Part shown: positions 1 to 6,439 of the stretch, in pieces
How positions within the stretch are numbered: position 1 is the first letter of the stretch
Layout: every line of letters starts with the position of its first letter
DNA from: Bdellovibrionia bacterium
GTDB taxonomy: Bacteria; Bdellovibrionota; UBA1018
Direction of reading: 5' to 3'
NCBI GenBank assembly: GCA_045805065.1
Contig: JBJMMA010000023.1
Coordinates: 1-11,765 of the forward strand
DNA length: 11,765 bases
Program-made: the position numbers and the translations under genes
Notes under the pieces: generated by a model
Databases searched by the model: none
What the model was told of the DNA's origin: nothing
Seen by the model: the letters and a program-made list of their open reading frames with translations, nothing else

Positions 1-362
1 AGGGCTGCACGGATTCCAACCAGATGGGAGTATCCATGGTCATGTCCGCCGCCAACGATTACCGATAGACCGGTACTCTGATGAGCCTGAGAAATGAGGT
101 CAGAGGCTAAATCGTGATTCTGAGCCACGTTCGATCCCAATCCACCGAGATCGCCCACGTCTTTCAGGCTGCTTTGAACGGCGCCTTGGCCTTTGAGACG
201 GGTAAACACCCTTCTGAAAGCGAGCGGCCCCATGGCGGCACCTAGCCTTCCCCCGACGTTCATCACGCCTTGGTGGTCAGGAATCCCAATAAGACTCCAT
301 TTGGATGTCGCTGATTGATTGAATCCTTTTGATTTTCGGTTAGAGTTACTTAGAGTTCTCAC
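1..362 (-). CDS. hutG: Formimidoylglutamase (arginase/ureohydrolase family), 5' part; runs off the window edge
   Basis: Manual minus-strand translation: ...KWSLIGIPDHQGVMNVGGRLGAAMGPLAFRRVF...LKDVGDL...SVIVGGGHDHGYSHLVGIRAA. This contains the HutG-type 'GVxxNxGRxGAxxGP'-like, 'DxGD' and 'GGGH(D/E)' motifs. The start is uncertain; the nearest in-frame start upstream of the conserved block is GTG at 362-360. Confidence 0.82.
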   Translation of the reverse strand, partial: MRTLSNSNRKSKGFNQSATSKWSLIGIPDHQGVMNVGGRLGAAMGPLAFRRVFTRLKGQGAVQSSLKDVGDLGGLGSNVAQNHDLASDLISQAHQSTGLSVIVGGGHDHGYSHLVGIRAA

Positions 363-374
363 GGTTAATACATT

Positions 375-1940
375 ATGGATCAATTCGAAGAAAAAAAGTG
401 GTTTGTTTTTCTGGGCGATCATCACGAAGGTCCATTTTCAATGGCCGAGATGCTTTCCAAGGTTGAGCAAAAGGTTGTCACCCCATCGAGCTATGTTTGG
501 GCTGAGGGAATGACCGATTGGAAGCTCATGAAAGAGATCTCAGCTTTTGAAGGACTTGAAAAAAAGCCCGTGGCTTCAGGGAACAAAAGTGAACCTTCAA
601 ATGCCCCAAGCTCAAAGAGTAATGACGAGAGAAAAGAGCCAAGTGGCGCTCTCGATCTGGGTGCATTAAAAGCCGTGTCGCTTCCCTTGGATATGACTCC
701 GCTTAAAAAAGCGGAGCCTCCTGTGAACACCGCGCACGTTGAGAAATCCTGGAAGCGCCGCCGATTGATCCGCAGGACCCTTAAAACTGCAGCTGGACTT
801 GCCGTGGTGGGCGGAGTTGGAGCGGCCTATCAATCGGGTCTGTTGAACTCTTACATCGACACCGCCAAGGTCAGTGAAAAAGTGCAGGAAGTCAGCGGCG
901 CTGTCATGGAGCAGGCTCGCCCGCAGATGCTTTCTCTTGCTGAGAAGTACCCTGTGCTGAACAAGGTCATTTCACCTATCCCACATCTTAAAGATGTGAG
1001 CGCAGAAGATTATGAAAGGCTTCGAGCTGCAGCAAGCGAGCATCTGGACAAAGGTCCAAGTGTTGCCGTTGCTCAGTCCAACGAAGATCCTGCTCACCCG
1101 GTTTTTTATGTGAGCACGAACCTGCCGGATGGCGCCAAGTTTGATGTTTACCTCGAAGGCAAGAGCGACACTCTGGTTGGAAAGATTCATGCTTCCGCCA
1201 AGGTCAGCGTGGATGTGCAAAAGAATCTTGGAAAAACCGCTCCATTGGTTCTTCCGCAGAACGCAGCTCTTCCAATGGGCGAGTATCAGGTTTTTGCAAC
1301 CGAGAGCGATGGTCAGCCTGAAGCCATCACTTCGATCCTGAAGTCGCTTCCACCGCTGAACGCCGCCAAGACGGATCGCTTGCCAGCAGGCCTGAAGCTT
1401 CTGGCCCGCAGAACCTACTTCCTCGGTGGCGCAAAGGATGAAGCCTACAATCAAAAGCTTCGTGATTATCGCACCCAGCTTCAGCAAAAGGCTCGCATTG
1501 AGATCGCAGACCTGAAAGATCTAGGCTCTGTGTTTGAGAAGCAGATGCAGGCAACGATTCATCAGTTCAAGGCCATCCACAAAGGACGCGGAATTACCGC
1601 GGCCAAGAAAAAGGCCTGGTCGAATTTTCATTCGGAATGGATGAAAAACGAAATTGCCTGGCTGGACCGTTTCTCAAAGCTCACACCAGATGCCTTGCGG
1701 GATGACTATGTCTACGCTGAGCAATATGAACTTGCTCGACAAGCGGGGCAGGAGCTTCAGAAGCTTCACGATTTGCAGAACGATTACTTTGAGAATCGCC
1801 TGGACGAGCGCGGACTTGATATCCAGCTTGGAACGGCAACATCCGTGATGGAAAGCGCGTTTCTGACTTTTAAAACTAAAACCGAGCAGGCGGAGAAGGC
1901 TTCAACCAATCCTCCGAATCTGTCGGGAGGGGCGACATGA
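375..1940 (+). CDS. GYF_2 (DUF4339) domain single-pass membrane protein with a large helical extracytoplasmic region
   Basis: N-terminus WFVFLGDHHEGPFSMAEM...YVWAEGMTDWKLMKEI fits GYF_2 (W..GPF/S..VW..GM.DW). It is followed by a Ser/Pro/Lys linker, a basic patch KRRRLIRR and a hydrophobic segment AAGLAVVGGVGAAY; 521 aa. Confidence 0.8.
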   Translation: MDQFEEKKWFVFLGDHHEGPFSMAEMLSKVEQKVVTPSSYVWAEGMTDWKLMKEISAFEGLEKKPVASGNKSEPSNAPSSKSNDERKEPSGALDLGALKAVSLPLDMTPLKKAEPPVNTAHVEKSWKRRRLIRRTLKTAAGLAVVGGVGAAYQSGLLNSYIDTAKVSEKVQEVSGAVMEQARPQMLSLAEKYPVLNKVISPIPHLKDVSAEDYERLRAAASEHLDKGPSVAVAQSNEDPAHPVFYVSTNLPDGAKFDVYLEGKSDTLVGKIHASAKVSVDVQKNLGKTAPLVLPQNAALPMGEYQVFATESDGQPEAITSILKSLPPLNAAKTDRLPAGLKLLARRTYFLGGAKDEAYNQKLRDYRTQLQQKARIEIADLKDLGSVFEKQMQATIHQFKAIHKGRGITAAKKKAWSNFHSEWMKNEIAWLDRFSKLTPDALRDDYVYAEQYELARQAGQELQKLHDLQNDYFENRLDERGLDIQLGTATSVMESAFLTFKTKTEQAEKASTNPPNLSGGAT

Positions 1941-2350
1941 GCAAATCGACCAAGGCAGGACAGCAATCTGGAGCCGAACGCAGAAAATCCAAGCGGATGG
2001 ACATCCTGGATACCTTCTCACTTTTCGTAGTCGTGCCTGCCAAGGGCCCGATGCGTTTAAAAGTGCACGATATCAGCGACGCGGGAATCGGCTTTAACCT
2101 GGATATCGAGGAAGAGCAGGGCGCTTCAAGCTTTGAAGCCAAGGTTGGCGATTCGTTCGAGGTTCATCTTTACCTGAACCAATCCCTCTATCTGCCATTC
2201 TCCGTTTCGGTGCGCCGAATTGTTGACACTGAGGGAGTTCGCCGAATCGGCGCTGAATTCCAAGGCAAAGGCTCAAAGGGCCAGGTCGCTCTGACTTCCT
2301 TTGTGCACATGCTGGACGCTCTTGGCGAAGCAGCACGGATCGAAGGCTGA
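1937..2350 (+). CDS. Stand-alone PilZ domain protein (c-di-GMP receptor)
   Basis: RxxxR (ERRKSKR), DxSxxG (DISDAG) and terminal 'IGAEF' strand. ATGA overlap with the upstream gene; GGAGG upstream of the ATG. Confidence 0.88.
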   Translation: MSKSTKAGQQSGAERRKSKRMDILDTFSLFVVVPAKGPMRLKVHDISDAGIGFNLDIEEEQGASSFEAKVGDSFEVHLYLNQSLYLPFSVSVRRIVDTEGVRRIGAEFQGKGSKGQVALTSFVHMLDALGEAARIEG

Positions 2351-2383
2351 AACTTTTCAGTTAGCCGGCTGCGAAATCTGGCC

Positions 2384-2410
2384 TAAAGGTCCCCAACTTG
2401 CTTCCGATAA
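2384..2410 (+). promoter_or_regulatory. sigma28 (FliA)-type promoter for the second PilZ gene
   Basis: TAAA (2384-2387)-N15-TCCGATAA (2403-2410) versus consensus TAAA-N15-GCCGATAA: 11/12 matches with exact spacing. Intergenic, followed by GGAGG (2418-2422) and ATG 2430. Confidence 0.82.
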
Positions 2411-2429
2411 GACCCTTGGAGGAATTGAT

Positions 2430-2933
2430 ATGCCCCAAGGATCGGGAAATTTTGGTAAACGTTCTAATCAAAGCGGTGACAATGGTACGCCGCGCGTCGT
2501 CGACTTCAACCAAGTCCGTACGCAAAAACTCGAAGAAAAGCGCCGGACTACCGAGCGCATCTTCTTTAAACACCTTTTGAATGTCTATTCGGTAGTGAAT
2601 ACCGATCAGATGATGCCCATCGAGTTCATCGATGTGAGCGATGACGGTTGCTCGTTTCAGGTTCCATACGATCCTGAAAAGCCGTGGCCGACCACCACGA
2701 GCGATATCCCGCTTCGTGTGTATTTCAGCCAGGACACTTATCTTGAGATCCGCGTGACGGTTCAGAATTCTCGTCCATCGATCGAGAACAACCGCCGTTA
2801 CGTCCGCTACGGATGCACCGTGGACACGACCACGGCATCGTACGCAGCTTACCAGCAATTTGTCCGCTTCCTGAAGCTCTACTCAGAGCACGCCCATAAA
2901 GACATGGGCGACGTCAGTATCTTCTATCTTTAA
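2430..2933 (+). CDS. PilZ domain protein with N-terminal extension (167 aa)
   Basis: RxxxR (KRRTTER), DxSxxG (DVSDDG), 'YGCTV' strand. Start moved from 2301 to ATG 2430 because of the GGAGG RBS and the promoter just upstream. Confidence 0.82.
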   Translation: MPQGSGNFGKRSNQSGDNGTPRVVDFNQVRTQKLEEKRRTTERIFFKHLLNVYSVVNTDQMMPIEFIDVSDDGCSFQVPYDPEKPWPTTTSDIPLRVYFSQDTYLEIRVTVQNSRPSIENNRRYVRYGCTVDTTTASYAAYQQFVRFLKLYSEHAHKDMGDVSIFYL

Positions 2934-3206
2934 TTAAAGCTGTCCGGTTTCGCCGGCAACGGGTACGTTCACTTGAACGTTGCTAGTTGTCGGCGTATCC
3001 GCCGGAATCTCCTGAATATCATCATCATCTTCTTCTTCGATGACATCAGTTTTACCGGTTGAGGTCTTGCCAGCAGCAGGATGACTGCGAGCCGTGAGGG
3101 CGGCCAGAGCCGCGGCTTGAGACGAATATTGCTGGGTTTCCGCAGCATGTGCTGCAGAGATCGCCAAAACAAAGGTGCAAATCGAGACGAGAGTAAGGCT
3201 CTTCAT
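2934..3206 (-). CDS. Small secreted, acidic, low-complexity protein (90 aa)
   Basis: MKSLTLVSICTFVLAISAAHA-AET is a typical Sec signal peptide with an AxA site; acidic run EEEDDDD; AAAGGGA upstream of ATG 3206 (ORF-track start is TTG 3230). Confidence 0.65.
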   Translation of the reverse strand: MKSLTLVSICTFVLAISAAHAAETQQYSSQAAALAALTARSHPAAGKTSTGKTDVIEEEDDDDIQEIPADTPTTSNVQVNVPVAGETGQL

Positions 3207-3265
3207 GAAGAAAGCGATCCCTTTCTTCAATCGATGTTAACATGTGAAATGAAAAATGGAATCTG

Positions 3266-3296
3266 AAAAAGAGGCGGGTTTTAGCCCGCTTTTTTT
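3266..3296. terminator. Intrinsic terminator-like hairpin, stronger on the + strand, overlapping the stop of the 76-aa gene
   Basis: AAAAAGAG-GCGGG-TTTTAG-CCCGC-TTTTTTT: 7 T after the stem on +, CTCTTTTT after the stem on -. Confidence 0.55.
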
Positions 3297-3511
3297 CTAG
3301 TAATTGTTGAAGATTTTCCAGTGACTGGAGATTGGGATTCGAGCCATCGTGTCAGAAGCGACGCGGCTTTGGCGGGATCTTTTTCGACGAGTTTCGTAAT
3401 TTCATCGCGCAAACGAAAAAGCTCCGCCTTCGCGTCCTCGGGTTTTCCCGAAGCGTCAGGCCGGAGCTTCTTCACGTTATTATTGTTACTGTTGTTCTTG
3501 AAGCCTTTCAT
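3281..3511 (-). CDS. 76-aa protein carrying a FliF C-terminal (FliG-binding)-like helix-Pro-helix motif
   Basis: Residues 34-58 LRDEITKLVEKDPAKAASLLTRWLE resemble the FliF tail pattern (I/L)xx(L/M)xxx(D/N)PxxxAx(L/V)(L/I)xxW(L/M). ATGA overlap (3508-3511) with the upstream 70-aa gene. Confidence 0.7.
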   Translation of the reverse strand: MKGFKNNSNNNNVKKLRPDASGKPEDAKAELFRLRDEITKLVEKDPAKAASLLTRWLESQSPVTGKSSTITRKKAG

Positions 3512-3720
3512 GAATTTCCAATGCTTGGGCCCTGCAGAGCAGGTGCGGCACCTTGCTCAAGCTGCAGGCTATCAATTTCGTCCTGGGAGATGGAGCCAAC
3601 AAACACTTCTTCATCGATCAACGAGAATGCGAACCAGCGATTACCCATCTTTTGATAAAGGACTTCGACGGTTTGATCGTTGGACTTACGGATTTCGTTT
3701 TTCTTAGAGTTGTTCGCCAT
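3508..3720 (-). CDS. 70-aa hypothetical protein with a small predicted beta-sheet core
   Basis: Strong RBS GGAGG (3726-3730, minus strand), promoter upstream, protein-like core VEVLYQKMGNRWFAFSLIDEEVFVGSI, coupled to the next gene. Confidence 0.75.
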   Translation of the reverse strand: MANNSKKNEIRKSNDQTVEVLYQKMGNRWFAFSLIDEEVFVGSISQDEIDSLQLEQGAAPALQGPSIGNS

Positions 3721-3763
3721 GGCACCCTCCCTGGTTTGTTGGCTGAAAGTTGTTACATGAGAC

Positions 3764-3790
3764 CTATCGGCGCCCCGCGCCTTTCCTAAA
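3764..3790 (-). promoter_or_regulatory. sigma28 (FliA)-type promoter for the two-microprotein operon
   Basis: Minus strand TTTA (3790-3787)-N15-GCCGATAG (3771-3764). The -10 box is 7/8 to GCCGATAA, the -35 box is weaker, and the spacing is exact; it lies 43 nt upstream of ATG 3720. Confidence 0.72.
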
Positions 3791-3849
3791 CGAGAAAGTT
3801 TTGCCCTGTTTTGTCATGCTAGCCCGCCGTTTCAAAATGGGCGCAGCGC

Positions 3850-3878
3850 TGGACGGGAAGGGTTCGCGCGGATAAGAT
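3850..3878 (+). promoter_or_regulatory. Putative sigma70 promoter giving a leaderless transcript
   Basis: TGGACG (3850-3855)-N17-TAAGAT (3873-3878)-N6-ATG 3885; no clear Shine-Dalgarno. Confidence 0.45.
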
Positions 3879-3884
3879 GGCGAC

Positions 3885-4628
3885 ATGAAAAGTTTATCTC
3901 TCATGGCTTTCGCTCTGATCCTCTCAGTTCATACGGCCAGCCCGGCAAATGCTGCCGAGTCAAAACCAAAGTACGGACCGATGGCAAACGTGCTGTCGCA
4001 ATCGCATGATTATTTCAAAAGCGCACCCGCTCCGGACTTCTGGGCGCTCATCCCGTATTATGCCGCTCAAATGGACGAGTCAGCTTGCTCGGTTGCCTCG
4101 GTGACCATGATCACGAACGGCGCACGCGTCGGAAAAAAGCTGACCGCGGACGATGAGCTGGTCACTCAGCAAGCAATCGCCGAAAAAGTTCTTCATAAAG
4201 CCTGGCACAAGGGAATGATGAAAAAGGCGATGGGTTATTCAACAAACCTGGATGAGCTGGGCGAGATTGCGCGCGAAGCATTCGAGAAGTACGGAATCCA
4301 CGTCAAATCGGTTGAGGTCGTTCACGCTGATGCGATCGATGAGAAGACCAAGGCAAAGCTTCATGAGGCATTGGTTGAGAACGAGAAGTCAGCGCACGAT
4401 TTCATTCTCCTCAACTTCAATCAGAAGGTTTTCACCGGTGATGCTGAAGTAGGTCACATCTCTCCGATTGGCGCCTATGATGAGAAGAACCACAAAGTCC
4501 TCGTCATGGATCCTGATCGCAAATGGTATGAGCCTTACTGGGTCTCCGAAGAAACTCTTCTTATGGGAATGGCGACCAAGGACTCATCGACACAGCGCAA
4601 CCGCGGCTTTGTCTGGATCAAGTTCTAA
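3885..4628 (+). CDS. Phytochelatin synthase family (papain-fold) protein with signal peptide
   Basis: Oxyanion Gln and catalytic Cys in QMDESACSVAS, His in GHISPIGAYD, Asp in VLVMDPDR, 'PYWVS' and terminal 'RGFV'; N-terminal Sec signal ending ANA-AES. Confidence 0.88.
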   Translation: MKSLSLMAFALILSVHTASPANAAESKPKYGPMANVLSQSHDYFKSAPAPDFWALIPYYAAQMDESACSVASVTMITNGARVGKKLTADDELVTQQAIAEKVLHKAWHKGMMKKAMGYSTNLDELGEIAREAFEKYGIHVKSVEVVHADAIDEKTKAKLHEALVENEKSAHDFILLNFNQKVFTGDAEVGHISPIGAYDEKNHKVLVMDPDRKWYEPYWVSEETLLMGMATKDSSTQRNRGFVWIKF

Positions 4629-4658
4629 GCTTGCTCTGATCTGCTGCCGTTATTGCCA

Positions 4659-5105
4659 CTATTGAACGATGATCGTACCGTTGATCGTGTGATTGTAAAC
4701 GTCCTCGAACTCATAGCTTCCAGGATCTGTCAGAGTCACGACGTGAGCGCGGACAGTGTTCAATGAACCTGGATCACTGAGCGGGCTTGTTGGAAATGTC
4801 GGCTGAGCCGTCGACTGAATCTGATGAAACTCCGTTGTATTGAGGTACCAGAAAATAATCTGGGTCCCTGCGCTAACGGTGCATGTGAGGCTCACGGGTG
4901 GCTGCACAATGCCAGGCGCTTCCTGGCAGCCGCAGAGGTTTTGAATAAAATTGTCATAAATCACAAGCTGAGCTTTGGTCGGAGTGCAATTCCCTGAGGC
5001 GCTGCCGCTGGTACCCGACACGCTGGCCTGCTCTTCACAAGAAAGCGTAGTTAAACCAAGGGTTACGGCCAAAATCAGGGGGGTTAAAATCCTAAAGCTT
5101 CGCAT
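4659..5105 (-). CDS. Lipoprotein with cupredoxin-like fold
   Basis: Signal peptide II with lipobox (TLS-C); 'TVSAGTQIIF', 'HQIQS' and C-terminal 'PGSYEF...GTIIV' follow the cupredoxin strand pattern. Confidence 0.62.
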   Translation of the reverse strand: MRSFRILTPLILAVTLGLTTLSCEEQASVSGTSGSASGNCTPTKAQLVIYDNFIQNLCGCQEAPGIVQPPVSLTCTVSAGTQIIFWYLNTTEFHQIQSTAQPTFPTSPLSDPGSLNTVRAHVVTLTDPGSYEFEDVYNHTINGTIIVQ

Positions 5106-5216
5106 CTGCTTGTAATCTAACCCGAATGCTTACCCGCTTGTACTTAAATTTTTTGCTCAACAGGGCCTTGCGCTGTGCGGCTATTTCATGTATTTCATGG
5201 TCCACCTTTCACGAGT

Positions 5217-5294
5217 GGACCCGTAGCTCAGTTGGATTAGAGCGTCAGACTACGGATCTGAAGGTCCCAGGTTCGAACCCTGGCGGGTCCGCCA
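5217..5294 (+). tRNA. tRNA-Arg (anticodon ACG)
   Basis: Acceptor stem GGACCCG/CGGGTCC + G-CCA; D arm TAGCTCAGTTGGATTAGAGC; anticodon arm TCAGA-CTACGGA-TCTGA; T arm CCAGG-TTCGAAC-CCTGG. Confidence 0.97.
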
Positions 5295-5312
5295 TTTCAA
5301 GGTTAAGCATCA

Positions 5313-5358
5313 AAAATAAAAAAGCCGGCACGCGCAAGCAAGCCGGCTTTTTTATTTT
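5313..5358. terminator. Bidirectional intrinsic terminator between the tRNA and the M14 peptidase gene
   Basis: Perfect 17-bp inverted repeat AAAATAAAAAAGCCGGC (5313-5329) / GCCGGCTTTTTTATTTT (5342-5358) with a 12-nt loop and U-tracts on both strands. Confidence 0.88.
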
Positions 5359-5370
5359 CTACAGGTCCAC

Positions 5371-6264
5371 CTAAGTTCTACCCAAGATAAAATCCAGGCC
5401 GCCTTTAATCGCCATCATCTGGGCATTTCTGCAGATCGCATCGTTCGCCTTAGGGCTGTCAGGATAAACTTCAGTAGTCGTCGTATACTTCGCTCTCGAG
5501 ATCCCAGCGCAAAGCGAGAGTTCCTTCAATGAATAATTGATGACGCCTTCTTGCTCGATCTCAACACCAATGATTTTCCCCTCAGCGTCAGGAGGTGCAA
5601 TGTGGGTCACCTTCCTCACCGAATCGATGACTGCCTTCTGAAATTCGGGCACTGGATTTTCAGTATCCCCCACAGCGTAAAAGCCGTCCGGGATTTCACT
5701 CCACGGGTCCTCTTCGGTCCCATCTCGCAACGCTTTCTCCGGACGAAAAATGGAATTGTCCGTATCCGTAGTTTCATGCAGGTCAAAGTGCACATAGATA
5801 TCGCTGAGAAAGGACGATACAGCGCTCAGAAACAGACGGCACTCCTCGGCTGGACTGTTCAGAATGAAACTGCGGTTTGGATCGATCGCTTGAGGGTTCC
5901 AGCGATTGATCGTCTCATAAGCCCAAGGGCTGATAGCGGGAGCGCAAATGAAGTTGAATGCCTCACTGTAATGCGAGGCCTCCTGCTCCATGAATGCAAG
6001 CGCCCCATGGACGCCGCTGGTTTCATAACCGTGAACGCCTCCCGTAATGAGGACCGTTTTCTTATTGGGAGAGAAGGTTTCTGATTGAACCAGGAAAAGC
6101 GGGTATTTTTCTGGGTTAAGAGAGAGTGCGCCGTACTGCGTGACTTTAAATTTAGCGCCAAGCTTCTGAATGGGAGTCACTACTTCTTCAAGGTAGGAGC
6201 GCTGGATCTTTTGTTTGTTAAACCATTTTCTTTTGTCGTCATCGGACCAAGGCCTTCGGTTCAT
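5371..6264 (-). CDS. M14 family zinc metallocarboxypeptidase / succinylglutamate desuccinylase-like protein
   Basis: HxxE in GGVHGYETSG, 'NRWN..AIDPNRSF', third ligand in DLHET, catalytic Glu in TTTEVYP. Start placed at ATG 6264 (MNRRPW...) rather than TTG 6342. Confidence 0.87.
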   Translation of the reverse strand: MNRRPWSDDDKRKWFNKQKIQRSYLEEVVTPIQKLGAKFKVTQYGALSLNPEKYPLFLVQSETFSPNKKTVLITGGVHGYETSGVHGALAFMEQEASHYSEAFNFICAPAISPWAYETINRWNPQAIDPNRSFILNSPAEECRLFLSAVSSFLSDIYVHFDLHETTDTDNSIFRPEKALRDGTEEDPWSEIPDGFYAVGDTENPVPEFQKAVIDSVRKVTHIAPPDAEGKIIGVEIEQEGVINYSLKELSLCAGISRAKYTTTTEVYPDSPKANDAICRNAQMMAIKGGLDFILGRT

Positions 6265-6439
6265 GGGAATGATGTTACACCGGTTTTTCGATACAAGCAG
6301 GTCTAAACTCGTCCAAGCGGCATACTCAGCAGCCGGTTTCAAGAGTTGAGGTGAGGTACGTGATTTGCTCGGCTCAAAATATTACAGAATAAATGAAGCA
6401 ATCTAAAACGCAGCTGCCCGTGCTGCGCAGGAGGAAGGG

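Noticed and set aside
972..1487. Long antisense or alternate-frame ORFs (also 2361-2858, 3321-3707, 5551-6084, 7955-8428, 10094-10480, 10937-11302)
   Set aside because: Shadows of well-supported genes on the opposite strand, with no recognisable motifs.
2301..2429. N-terminal extension of the 210-aa ORF
   Set aside because: Overlaps the first PilZ gene and spans the sigma28-type promoter; the RBS supports ATG 2430.
3474..3497. TTG/TTA-rich trinucleotide stretch
   Set aside because: Simply encodes the Asn run (NNSNNNN) of the 76-aa protein; imperfect and not a convincing contingency repeat.
5126..5374. 82-aa ORF
   Set aside because: Runs through the tRNA and terminator; spurious.
6265..6342. 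Extension of the M14 peptidase to TTG 6342
   Set aside because: Not protein-family-like and contains a -10-like element just before ATG 6264; not fully excluded.
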